DNA of 64,000 nt from Phoronis australis (lineage: Eukaryota; Animalia; Phoronida), in contig NMRA01000221.1 of NCBI GenBank assembly GCA_002633005.1, positions 498,290 to 562,289 on the forward strand. The letters run 5' to 3'. Shown one piece after another: positions 21,601 to 30,224 of this stretch. How positions within the stretch are numbered: position 1 is the stretch's first letter; each line of letters begins with the position of its first letter. The notes under the pieces were generated by a model, which was given only the letters and a program-made list of their open reading frames with translations, was not told the DNA's origin and made no database searches. The translations under genes and the position numbers were made by a program.

Positions 21601-24541
21601 CGCTTTCATCATCAGCGACGCGTTCGATATAAGCAAGACAATTGGAGACAATTGTGTCGAGAAATACTCGCTTATGCAACAGAAACAGAGAATTATTTTC
21701 CGCAATTCAGCATTCAAGTCTCATCTAGCAACCATTTTGGTGACCTCCATTTTGCTAGTTTACGCGTGCAAGGTTTCCACCAGAACGTTCTCGCGAATCT
21801 CTTGAATTTCGCTCGCGTAATCTTTCGTGATCTTGACCGATTTTGGTTTTTCCCGTGTATAAAACGCACGTCAAGTTTGAAGTGATCAACAAGTGTTAGC
21901 TGCTTCCCTGGTGTGTTGTACTTGTTCTAACTAATAACAATTAGACGTATGTCTTAGTGGTACTCAGTCCTACTTGTGCTATGACACGTCCAAGATAACG
22001 AAACTCTAATTAAGACTAGTTTCACTTGTTTTAACTCACTGCAAATGTTATCTGGAGTTCAACCTACCATTATCTACAAAAATTATTTTCAGGACCCGGA
22101 TGAATATACGGATGCTGACATAGACCCGCAGTTTGTGAACGTGCAGCGTCTTACCAAAGGAATGCATTTTGTAAGTGAAATAAAGCGTTTTTGTACAATA
22201 ATGATTCCAGTAATATAGTTAAATTAATACTAAACCCTGCTTTGGTGATTTCAATCAATCCTCGCTGATCACCTGCTAATGCATTATTGGCGTCAATCTT
22301 CTAAGTTAAAGGCAGGAAGCAACTAAATCTCATACTTCCTATGTCACAGGTTGGACATTATGGTCCTTGGTGGGTGGTTCTTTTCCCGCTGTTTCCGTGT
22401 AATTTGCTGAAAGCTTACATGTATGTCTCGCTTGCCCGTTTAGCAGACTTTAAAAGGAATTTTCAAAATTTCCATCAAAATTTTGAGGGTTGCCGAGGGT
22501 TACAGATATTTTGTTTCCGAGAATTGGATGGGAAAGTCGTATTTAGTATATGTTATCAGGTCAAAACCGGGTTTGGTATCTTTTTAAACGTATAATGTGG
22601 ATCAGTCGTTTTTATGTTGTCAACCAAAACTCACAGAAAAAGGTGAAATTTTAAAGTCTGCTCTATCCACTACACAAGTGCGTGGCTGCTGTGGTATAGG
22701 TTGGTTGATTCTTCAAATTTCTGTTTTCTGCCTGAGTTTTTCATGTGCCATTGATATTCAAAAAGATGCTCTTCTTCGAATGGTTCTGTTTCAGACAGTG
22801 CCCAGGGTTTGCGAAATGCGCTCATTGCTGATATTAAGGTCAAAGTGTCATCGGTACATTTGCTGATGAACCAGAATTTTACAATTCTAAGAATCGTTGT
22901 AGGGAGTTGCGGAGTTTGTGTTCGACGCTCAGCCTAGTTTCTGCGTGGTCAGTAACGGAGCCGAGTGTATACTGTTCGACAAACAGTTCTATTTGGAGCA
23001 TGCGCCGCAGCGATGTATGACGTTGATAAGGAAAGAGGTAGGTAACTAAGGTGATAGGGGTATGCCTTTGACATGAGAAGGTACCTAGCAATGACAGATC
23101 TACGTTTTCAGTAAGGGGGGGGGGAGTGGTTTAGGATTCGAGCGAACCCGAGGAGCATGGCGCTGAGCGGAAGGAAGGTCGGATTTCCCCCTCCCGTGTA
23201 AGGTTTGTTGTGGTTTTTAGTAGCTGATTTCGTTTTTCTGGCGAATTTTTTTCTTCAATTTTTATTTTTGATCATGTCCCGGGGGGGGTTGTAGATCCAC
23301 CTCTGCCTAGTTTTTCTCTGTAAGTAATTTGTAGACCGTGACGTACAAATTTTGTGATGTAATAGTACATTCATACATACACTTAGCGACAGCCGCATAT
23401 TAAACAAATTGAAACACGTTGTCTACCTGTCTCTGAAACACCTTTCCAGTTTTCCGACATTGACAAACACTGTTACAGTAAATGTAGTTTTAGCTCCTGC
23501 GTAAGTTCCGTAGACGCATGATGCTCGCGAGTAAAGCATGATCACATAGTTATCATGACGATATCTTATGGAGAATTGCGTAATCTCGCTTTTCTGGCAA
23601 GAACGCAGCCCTGGTTATCAGATACATTTGTGCGGAGAGTGACGTCGCTACCATGCAAGATCTCGCGACAGTGTGCATCTTTATATGTTATTCGCTCAGT
23701 TTTTGTCAACCATCTACGAAAATGTCGCAAAGTCTTCACGTTTTTGGCTTATCCTCAAACAAACTATTGCTAGCAGATTCGCGTCAGAAGAAATTTCCAA
23801 AATCTCCAGCCAGCACGTACCCAAACACTACAAGCACAAATTCACCCCTGTGGTGTTATCATTTCAAAGTCAGTTTGTAATTTAATCCATAATTTCCTAT
23901 CATTGTAATGTGTGATGCTTTCAGTAGCCGATGCTGTCTCTAAACCGGTAATTAAAAAGCATCGTAGATAATGGAACGGTGACATGATTTCATAAAAATC
24001 CGATTATTTGCAAATAAAAATCCGATTATTTGTCAATTTCCTACTTATTACGTTATCGTCAATCCTTGACTCCAGTTAGCCAGCTGGCTGCAGGGTTAAG
24101 TACTTTTAATCTCACGTGCACGCGTGTTGATTAGTTTTGATCATAATGGTGCACGTTGAAAATTGGTCATCGTGTTATAATTACAGAATTTTCATGGTAA
24201 ATGAAACACGGTTTAGTTTGAAGCGGTAGGCCTACACTTTCCCCTCAGCCCTTTATATACAATTTAAAAATTGCGTGTAGAGGGCTTAAATTATATGCTG
24301 CTCAATTTAAGAGGGATCTGTGCAACACATATCCCATAATCCATTGCAGGTGTGTCCGTTTCCAAGTGATGAAGAGATGCAGGCTGGCTTGCAAACATGC
24401 GTCGACTGGGAAGCCTTCAAGACACTGGCATTGAATAATGCCCTGCGTGAGATCCGAGCACGGAGGTCTTCACTGAATGAGGAAAAATTCCAACCAGCGT
24501 TGCCCCGTCACAAACACGCAGCGGTTAATCTCGTCAAATAA
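563..24541 (+). CDS. CNBD2: Cyclic nucleotide-binding domain-containing protein 2-like (two cNMP-binding domains), 5'-partial, 10 exons in window
   Basis: Exons 563-651, 1932-2082, 2305-2388, 3296-3444, 18252-18312, 20302-20653, 21356-21444, 22093-22170, 22903-23037, 24350-24541. All introns are GT-AG with matching phases; 1380 nt = 459 aa + TAA. CNB motifs: [22 protein letters not shown]...[24 protein letters not shown]; second domain [27 protein letters not shown]...[11 protein letters not shown]...[10 protein letters not shown]; C-terminal PFPSDEEMQ...DWEAFK. This organisation is typical of CNBD2. The start codon lies upstream of the window. Confidence 0.88.
1932..2082 (+). CDS. CNBD2-like exon, CNB domain 1
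   Basis: ctgcag|(K)[50 protein letters not shown]|gtatgc. Confidence 0.92.
2305..2388 (+). CDS. CNBD2-like exon, phosphate-binding cassette
   Basis: ttccag|[28 protein letters not shown]|gtatgc. Confidence 0.92.
2408..2498. repeat. Compound (CAC)n/(GAC)n microsatellite in a CNBD2-like intron
   Basis: caccaccaccacgacgacgacaccacgacgac...caccaccaccatcaccagcaccat. Confidence 0.95.
3296..3444 (+). CDS. CNBD2-like exon preceding the gene-containing intron
   Basis: tttcag|[49 protein letters not shown](K)|gtaagt, ends phase 2. Confidence 0.9.
4485..4614 (+). CDS. Carotenoid oxygenase exon 1
   Basis: gaaATGG start context; [11 protein letters not shown]...[17 protein letters not shown](G)|gtacgt. 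Confidence 0.85.
4485..13818 (+). CDS. Carotenoid cleavage oxygenase (beta-carotene oxygenase BCO1/BCO2, RPE65/NinaB family), complete, 10 exons, 538 aa, nested in a CNBD2-like intron
   Basis: Exons 4485-4614, 4914-5064, 7284-7391, 7747-7891, 8521-8671, 9273-9487, 11189-11434, 12273-12375, 12551-12763, 13664-13818. All GT-AG and phase-consistent; 1617 nt from ATG to TAG. Motifs: [37 protein letters not shown], four Fe-ligand His ([22 protein letters not shown]), SEPIFVPSP...EEDDGVVL. Orthology within the family cannot be fixed by eye. Confidence 0.95.
4914..5064 (+). CDS. Carotenoid oxygenase exon 2
   Basis: tag|(G)[49 protein letters not shown](K)|gtaagt. Confidence 0.95.
5141..5870. mobile_element. 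MITE, 5-bp TSD class, hosting a SINE-derived palindrome
   Basis: CCTAG|CAGCGCT ... AGCGCTG|CCTGG; subterminal TTTGGCGACC / GGTCGCCAAA inverted motifs. Confidence 0.7.
5417..5627. mobile_element. tRNA-derived SINE with inverted duplication, 12-bp TSD
   Basis: Minus strand: A-box TAGCTCAGTGGTAAGAGC, anticodon-like stem CTAGA-7nt-TCTAG, B-box GGTTCGAATCCC. 74-bp arms 5416-5489 / 5514-5587. Direct repeat TAATTTAAACGT at 5405-5416 and 5628-5639. Confidence 0.75.
6310..6492. mobile_element. CAGTGGCGGAT-type MITE (contains the N gap 6351-6367)
   Basis: Shares body (CTGCCAAATGGAATCTGGGAGAATTTT...AAATCCGCCACTG) with 24728-24940, 29084-29248 and 46991-47150; TSD imperfect. Confidence 0.8.
7030..7203. 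repeat. Degenerate ~24-bp tandem repeat
   Basis: About 6 units like CAATCGCGCAACTTGTCTTGAACA. Confidence 0.75.
7284..7391 (+). CDS. Carotenoid oxygenase exon 3 (PDPC motif)
   Basis: ttgcag|[35 protein letters not shown](R)|gtactg. Confidence 0.95.
7747..7891 (+). CDS. Carotenoid oxygenase exon 4
   Basis: ttgcag|[48 protein letters not shown]|gtaatg. Confidence 0.95.
8521..8671 (+). CDS. Carotenoid oxygenase exon 5 (His ligand 1)
   Basis: ctgtag|[50 protein letters not shown](G)|gtgagc. Confidence 0.95.
9273..9487 (+). CDS. Carotenoid oxygenase exon 6 (His ligand 2)
   Basis: ttatag|[43 protein letters not shown]...SNEYK|gtacgt. Confidence 0.95.
9568..10982. mobile_element. 1.4-kb non-autonomous TIR DNA transposon, copy 1 (TA target)
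   Basis: TA|GACCCTATTCACGC ... GCGTGAATAGAGTC|TA; body collinear with 28049-30062; lies in oxygenase intron 6. Confidence 0.85.
11189..11434 (+). CDS. Carotenoid oxygenase exon 7 (His ligand 3)
   Basis: ttttag|[13 protein letters not shown]...[19 protein letters not shown]...[12 protein letters not shown]|gtacat. Confidence 0.95.
12273..12375 (+). CDS. Carotenoid oxygenase exon 8
   Basis: cgccag|[34 protein letters not shown]|gtaagc. Confidence 0.93.
12551..12763 (+). CDS. Carotenoid oxygenase exon 9
   Basis: ccctag|(N)[22 protein letters not shown]...[17 protein letters not shown](G)|gtacgt. Confidence 0.95.
13047..13569. mobile_element. Tc1/mariner-like MITE in oxygenase intron 9
   Basis: TA|CAGAGTTTCCCAAA ... 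TCTGAGACACCCTG|TA; contains nested MITE 13112-13261. Confidence 0.6.
13112..13261. mobile_element. ~150-bp MITE family (CTAGGACCT motif, 3-bp CWG flanks, PIF/Harbinger-like)
   Basis: Five copies: 13112-13261, ~31121-31268, ~50663-50812, ~54346-54496, partial ~56555-56675; shared GTTCAGTAAC..CTAGGACCT..GCGAGATT..CACGTGACTTTG..TTTTAGCTAGGTCCTAGCG. Confidence 0.8.
13664..13818 (+). CDS. Carotenoid oxygenase exon 10 (His ligand 4, stop)
   Basis: ttccag|[53 protein letters not shown]. Confidence 0.95.
17518..17709. repeat. ~190-bp imperfect palindrome with hammerhead-like core (Penelope-type terminal relic)
   Basis: Arms TGATAAAAATAACGAT..TGTTTCGGCGTTTATT / AATAAACGCCGAAACA..ATCGTTATTTTCATCAA; CTGAGGA at 17640 and GAAAC at 17666. 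Confidence 0.5.
18252..18312 (+). CDS. CNBD2-like exon following the gene-containing intron
   Basis: ttacag|(K)[20 protein letters not shown]|gtaagt; starts phase 2, completes the AA|A Lys codon and continues CNB domain 2. Confidence 0.9.
20302..20653 (+). CDS. CNBD2-like exon with basic then acidic/Asn-rich insert
   Basis: ttctag|[20 protein letters not shown]...[19 protein letters not shown]...STNDVE|gtattt; overlaps ORF 20308-20715. Confidence 0.85.
21030..21256. repeat. Element built of ~50-bp degenerate subrepeats
   Basis: Units TATATTAA..AGAGGG..GAAGGCGGCCAAAG; related copy at ~16070-16246. Confidence 0.6.
21356..21444 (+). CDS. CNBD2-like exon
   Basis: aacag|(E)[29 protein letters not shown]|gttggt, phases 1/0 fit neighbours. 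Confidence 0.78.
22093..22170 (+). CDS. CNBD2-like exon
   Basis: tttcag|[26 protein letters not shown]|gtaagt. Confidence 0.88.
22903..23037 (+). CDS. CNBD2-like exon
   Basis: ttgtag|[45 protein letters not shown]|gtaggt. Confidence 0.9.
23089..23305. mobile_element. MITE, 5-bp TSD class
   Basis: CCTAG|CAATGACAGATCTAC ... GTAGATCCACCTCTG|CCTAG. Confidence 0.75.
24350..24541 (+). CDS. CNBD2-like terminal coding exon
   Basis: ttgcag|[66 protein letters not shown]. Confidence 0.9.
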   Translation: MCPFPSDEEMQAGLQTCVDWEAFKTLALNNALREIRARRSSLNEEKFQPALPRHKHAAVNLVK

Positions 24542-24727
24542 GCTCATTTTAGTTTAAATCGTAAAGGTGTGAATATCTATTTTTGCAATTTTATATATCA
24601 ATATGCTCGGGTTTGTTTTGTTGAGCACTTCCTGTGATAACGGGTTGAACTAGTATTACATGTATGACTTTAGGACGATGATGACAAACGCATTCGTTCT
24701 CTACTTGCCTTTGCCAACTGTACTCCC

Positions 24728-24940
24728 CAGTGACGAATTTAAGGAGGGGGGGCTAGGGGGCCATTCCCCCCTAAAATTCTCCCAGATTCCATTTGGTGGT
24801 TCGGGATGCGAATTGCTGACTAGCATATGCGCGCACCCAAGGGGAACCCCGTTTTTTTGGGCTTGGCGCGCCCATGAGGCGACATTCTGGTTATTCCTGT
24901 GTCCTGGACCCCCTAACTCATAATCCAGGATCCGCCCCTG
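24728..24940. mobile_element. CAGTGGCGGAT-type MITE just 3' of the CNBD2-like stop
   Basis: CTCCC|CAGTGACGAATTT ... GGATCCGCCCCTG|CTCCC; opposite orientation to the other copies. Confidence 0.85.
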
Positions 24941-25037
24941 CTCCCTACAATCGCTTTAACAACTGCAGTTCTGCGTGGTCCTCAGCAATTTTACCTCTTG
25001 CTATCCTGTGAATGAAGACGCTACCTTGCGAGAAGTT

Positions 25038-26030
25038 CAGGGGTCTATTTCATGAAAGTGACTTAAGACTTAAACAGCCATGGAACGCGAAAGCTCGTCA
25101 AAATATCTTTAAAGCAATTCCTGACGAAAGTACCATCTCGCAATGTCTAGTACAGTAATTCATTTTACCCTGTGAGTTAATTTCCAGAAAAAATCTCAAA
25201 GTTCACGATTTAAAAAAAAACTCTGTAGTCACCACAGAGTTTCTAACCTCCTTCTCAGCCATGATAAATGCGCGCGTGCGCTCACAGTCATTCGACAAAC
25301 TGCTGACTGACAAGACGGATATGAACGACAGATTATCAGATGTGATCACACTCCTAGGCACAGTATGAGGCAAGCCAATGAAGCAAGCGATTTTCCAAAA
25401 AGAATCTTTAGTGTATTTTAGAATATATTTGAATACTACATACCTTTGTAACTAATTTTAAACAGTTAGGACTTACATCAATTGCCTCTTAATGGGACTG
25501 GGTGTTGCTTGAAGTCGCCTTTGTTTTGTTTATATCAAAGTCACACTTTCCAGTTAAGGGAAAATGTTCTACGTCTGTGTCTTGCCATACCAAATTAAGA
25601 GACGTGCTTTGCCTTGTGGGAGAAAAATCCACGAAGTTACATGCAGTTGACAGATCTTTTTTATCAATTTGAAATTAAAAGAAAAATGATTTGATATCAA
25701 CATTTATTAAAAATCTGGTTAGCATGTTGAATTATGTTTTAGTGGCAGAGAACTACTTTGAATAGTGCAATTTAGTCTGTTTTTCGCGTTTAAGGCAGAA
25801 ATTTGGTCTCACGCTACCACTTAACAATCCCTTAAAAGGGTGTAGGCAAGTAATTAGAAGTGCAATCTGGATATAATTGGTAGAAATTATTTCAGTTTTT
25901 AGCAGTTGTGGCATTATTCTGATCTCGGGCAAGTTACTCTTTTACTCTAGTAAATTTTAATTTTTTTTCGGAACAAGTTGCGTGGAGCGTTAGACCAAAT
26001 TTTTAAGTCACATTTCATAAAACAGACCTG
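25038..26030. mobile_element. ~1-kb TIR element
   Basis: CAGGGGTCTATTTCATGAAAGTGACTTAA ... TTAAGTCACATTTCATAAAACAGACCTG; related right end at ~61875-61917. Confidence 0.6.
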
Positions 26031-26929
26031 TGGGTTGTCTCTGGTTTGGAAGATCACGGCTATACTCGGCCAAAATAAATCAAAACTTTAGTGACATTGC
26101 ACTTGCTTTGTTGTTGATTGAAATTATTTTTACAGGTCTTCCCCTCTCCTTAGGGAAAAGGTGTCAATGCCTTCTAAAAGGGGACTTATAGTCGCGTTTT
26201 TACTAAGAGGGCAATTTTGCATCGTATTTTACTCACAGGGGATTTTTTGTTATGTTTATTTAATGCACTGCTTTTTATGACAATACTCTTTTATACTTTC
26301 ACAAATAAGCACGTATCAACTTCAAGCTATACAATAAAAAGTAAGTCACTCTTACATTTATTTGTATCAGAGCGAGCGAAGACGACCTGTTGTCACATAG
26401 CTGATTTATCATCCAACCTACGCCTTCGGCGTCAACATGCGATGTATTACCGTTGTCACACTGCGTGGCTTATGAAGGCAACACCAAGACAATGGTTAAT
26501 TTTCGCACAACCACAGAACGGTGCTGTTGTTACTAAACATCCGTCGCGCTAAATATGCCAGCACTACAAACACCTTAAAATGAGTAAAAATGAGTTAAGC
26601 AATGTTTGTAAGGAACAGACTCCAATCTTGTTCCACAGAATTACACACATTGCTGGCGCAGTAATCAAGGGTTTCAGCTAAACAATGTTTTTATTATCTC
26701 ACAGCTGTGTACATGTACAGTGTCACGCATCCTCAGATTTCAACCATTCAGTCCTTAAAAACAGAAAAAGAAAACAATTGCAGGCAGTCTGATACACGTT
26801 GTACCAGACATGCGCAGGCCTCGCATGTGGGCCCATTGCACTGATCACTTAGAAATGTTTTTATGCTTTATTGATATACGGTTAAAACCGAGCTGAGGAG
26901 CTAGAAACCTGGTTCAAGGGTTTAGCAGT

Positions 26930-27002
26930 GTGACCTGGTGGGACTCGAACCCACGACCTCGAGAAAAGAAAGCGGGCACTTATCAACCAGGCCATACAAC
27001 CT
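26930..27002 (-). mobile_element. tRNA-derived SINE head (not a functional tRNA)
   Basis: Minus: GGTTGTATGGCCTGGTTGATAAG...GAGGTCGTGGGTTCGAGTCCCACCAGGTCAC; good B box and T arm, anticodon arm destroyed. Confidence 0.65.
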
Positions 27003-27448
27003 CCTCCCCCTTCAGTCCTTGCCATGAAATTGATTTCTCATTGCTTTCCGATATGATGTTAAACGGCAGTGAACAAGGCCCTTAGAGAGAGGGCGGAAAC
27101 TTCTGCCTTACCAGACTCTCAATGCTTTTCAGTAAGTGATTTAGTTATTTAACGCTCAGTCTTTCCCACATCGGTGAATAGAGAGTTTTGTTGACCACAG
27201 TGAATGTCCTTATGAGTTAGTTGTTCACACGTGGTCTGCTTGAAACTGCTGTTGCGAAGAGTGCACGGCAAATTTACCTGTGAAAATACACTCTACTGCA
27301 TGTTTCTATTCTCCCCGGCATGAGTTTTAATAATTCTGCTCATGTAGAACTTGTTTGTGTGCCATTTTGAGCCACAGACGTACGGAAGTATTCCTTTAGT
27401 TTTGTGTTTTCAATACGCGAGAGTGAAGTAATGCAACACTGTTCTAGC

Positions 27449-28047
27449 AGAATGGTGAATGTTGGCCAAATCCCTTTTGTCCACTGACGTCACAAGCAAA
27501 CTGGCGCCCCCAGTGGAGGCCCTGAGAACTCGTAAACAAGCATGCTCGCGTCTGTGATTAAAGTATTTTTTATGATTTTTCCAGAGTCGCTATCTTTTAG
27601 TGTGTTTTTAAATAATGTTGCATGTCATACCTCTTAGAAAATTAATATTGTTCCAATGAATTAAGAAAATTGGAATATTCATTCTCGCGATCCTGCAACA
27701 CTCAACACCATCCAAATGTTCTTCTGTGTTACACACGGCAAAGCCAAAGTTTTATCCCCACGCGAAATAGCCTCGTTTACGCTCGACTAAAAAGGAATCT
27801 TTCACTCATAATTAATTGATACTATATACCATTCATTATTATATACCATGCATTATGTTTTTAAAAAAAAACGATACTCAACGTCCCACAATAAATACAA
27901 GTCTGTTCGCCAGCTTGGCTCGGCCGTTGCTAGGCTGGATACTACCAGGTTCATGAACTTTACGAGTTCTCAGGGCCTCCACTGGGGGCACCAGTATGCT
28001 TGTGACGTCAGTGGACAAAAGGGGATTTGGCCAACATTCACCATTCT
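27449..28047. mobile_element. MITE with ~85-bp terminal inverted repeats
   Basis: AGAATGGTGAATGTTGGCCAAATCCC...GAGAACTCGTAAA mirrored at ~27959-28047; directly abuts the element at 28049. Confidence 0.85.
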
Positions 28048-28048
28048 G

Positions 28049-30062
28049 GACCCTATTCACGCAGACAGGAGGTGCGTTCCAAAACGAGGCTCGCTACGAT
28101 AGCTCTGGTGTCTTATCCGCGTAGTTGTACTCCGCGTTGCTCGAACAGCTAGAAAAAATACGGACACTCAGTTTTACAATCCCCAAGGACGTTGGGATTC
28201 GGAAGCGTTGGGTCCTTGCCATACGCCGCGACGAAGGAAAATATGTCCGTGTAAAATTTATAACTGTTTTCGAATCATAATTTGTCACATCTCGGACAGG
28301 ATGCCGCCATCAACGAGGACCGGAGAATCTTCGGCCAGCCAAGCTGTGTTTTCATGAGTATGGGTTGAAGCGCGATGCATTTTTCTTTACAAAAAGGACA
28401 GGACCCTCAATCCCTCAATTTTGGGGCCAAATATCGGCTCTATTCCCCTCTCAAAAATATTGAAAAATCACGAGAAATTCCCGGCCACGAGGCCTAAAAA
28501 TCCCCTTTCTGATTGAAAATTTCTCTCCAACGGTTCAAATCACCTGTGACCACAGAGGTGACAATTTGAAAAAGGGGGGGGGGGGNGGGGGCAGGGGCCC
28601 GCCCCCCTTGACTGCCGCAAGCAAAATATACCAGCAAAACGTGAAGCGCCGGGAGGAAACTTGTACTGAGTTCGAGCTAGGACCAGTAGAAGACGAGGGT
28701 GGAAAACGCATTCCGTTTTATTTTTTTAGTCCAACGACAGATTTCCAGAGCAGAAGGTATACATCCTCGGCGCCTGCAACTTCCGGGCCACCTGCGTGCA
28801 TACAATCGCGCTTTGCCCGCTTCTCCGAGGATGTCGCCCCCCCCCTCACTAGCGGGCCTATATGGTATCCTAGATCAGCCACTGAAAATGCTACTTGAGA
28901 CAGAGCTATGAGAGCTTGCAAAAAGGCGGGGTGCTATTGATGGTGATCAGGAGGTCAGTAGAGTTTTCACTGACCCGTCACTCGGCGAAACGTTCCCCTC
29001 TCAGAAGGCCGCACACACATGAGGCACCTTTCCCCTCGGATATGAACGAGGCCTCTGAAGAAACATGATAATTATGCTTGTTCCAAAGGGGATCCAGGAC
29101 TTTGAGTTGGGGGGGGGGGCAAGGCAGACTGTATTAGCCAGGATTTTGCCCGTCAGAAATTCGCGCTCCTGAACTGCCAAATGGAATCTGGGAGAATTTT
29201 GGGGGCGATGGGGCATAGCCCCTTGGCTCCCCTCTAAATCCGCCACTGTGTTCTGTCCAGTTAACTGAAATTGAGCTCTAAAACGAGGTTATGCTTTGGA
29301 CGAAAGAATTATGTAGGTGTTTTAATTTTAAAATTCAACTTGGTCGAGATTGATTATTGAAAAATATAACACATGAAATAGACGTAATTATTAAAACCAT
29401 GAAAGCAGAATTGATGGTCATATAATTTTTATTTTCAATTGCGAGCCTATTTTTTATCATAATCAAAATATATATTTAATAACATCAAGTATAATTTCAG
29501 ATCAATGAAAAATCAACTGTTAGTCCCGGTAGTGCCTACCTCACCAGGACCTACATGTAGGCTATGCTTGAAGCTAATAGGCCTATTCTTGATCAACAAA
29601 TTAAACCAGATGAGACTAATTGCACATGACAGCAAAATGCTATGAGCCACCACTGTCGAATATATCTTCAACTCGTCAACGATACGACTAGATGGCCTGG
29701 TTCGTGTAGAAAGCATTTATATCAAGAATTTATTAGAAGACACGTAACCCTGCATTCAGCATGATACCTAATCCGTAACACTACGATCGCCGCAATTTGA
29801 TCATGTTTACTTTTCGTGTTTCGAACCTAGTTTTCAAGAAAAAACCTATATTCTTTCGTCAGACAACTCTTTGGTGCCTTGACTTGTTCTTTAACTGTAT
29901 TTTTCTACGTCTCTGTGGTTAATTATTGACACATTTTTTAAGATTTAATATCCAGGTTGGACTCCAAAGACCGGCCATTTAGCTCCCGCAATGTAAATTT
30001 CCGCTTTATTTATCGCAGTGAGCCTCGCTTTGGATTTTAATGTCCGCCGCGTGAATAGAGTC
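28049..30062. mobile_element. Same TIR element, copy 2 (2.0 kb, with extra internal sequence)
   Basis: Same termini and internal sequence as 9568-10982; extra segment ~28570-28900 and a nested MITE 29084-29248. Confidence 0.85.
29084..29248. mobile_element. CAGTGGCGGAT-type MITE nested in TIR element copy 2
   Basis: TGTTC TSD on both sides; the paralogous empty site (CGTTC, 10231-10235) is present in copy 1. Confidence 0.9.
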
Positions 30063-30224
30063 TATGGGAGCACATTACAGTTACAACAGGCTTTTGGCTG
30101 CCGACACGCACCGAAGTGCAGATGGGCCCTTTCCTCACGTGCTAATTGAGTTTCTGAAAAAACAAAGGGTTTTGTATCATTCCCATCTCCCAAGCACTAC
30201 TCGTGACAACTGAAACTTACTTAC

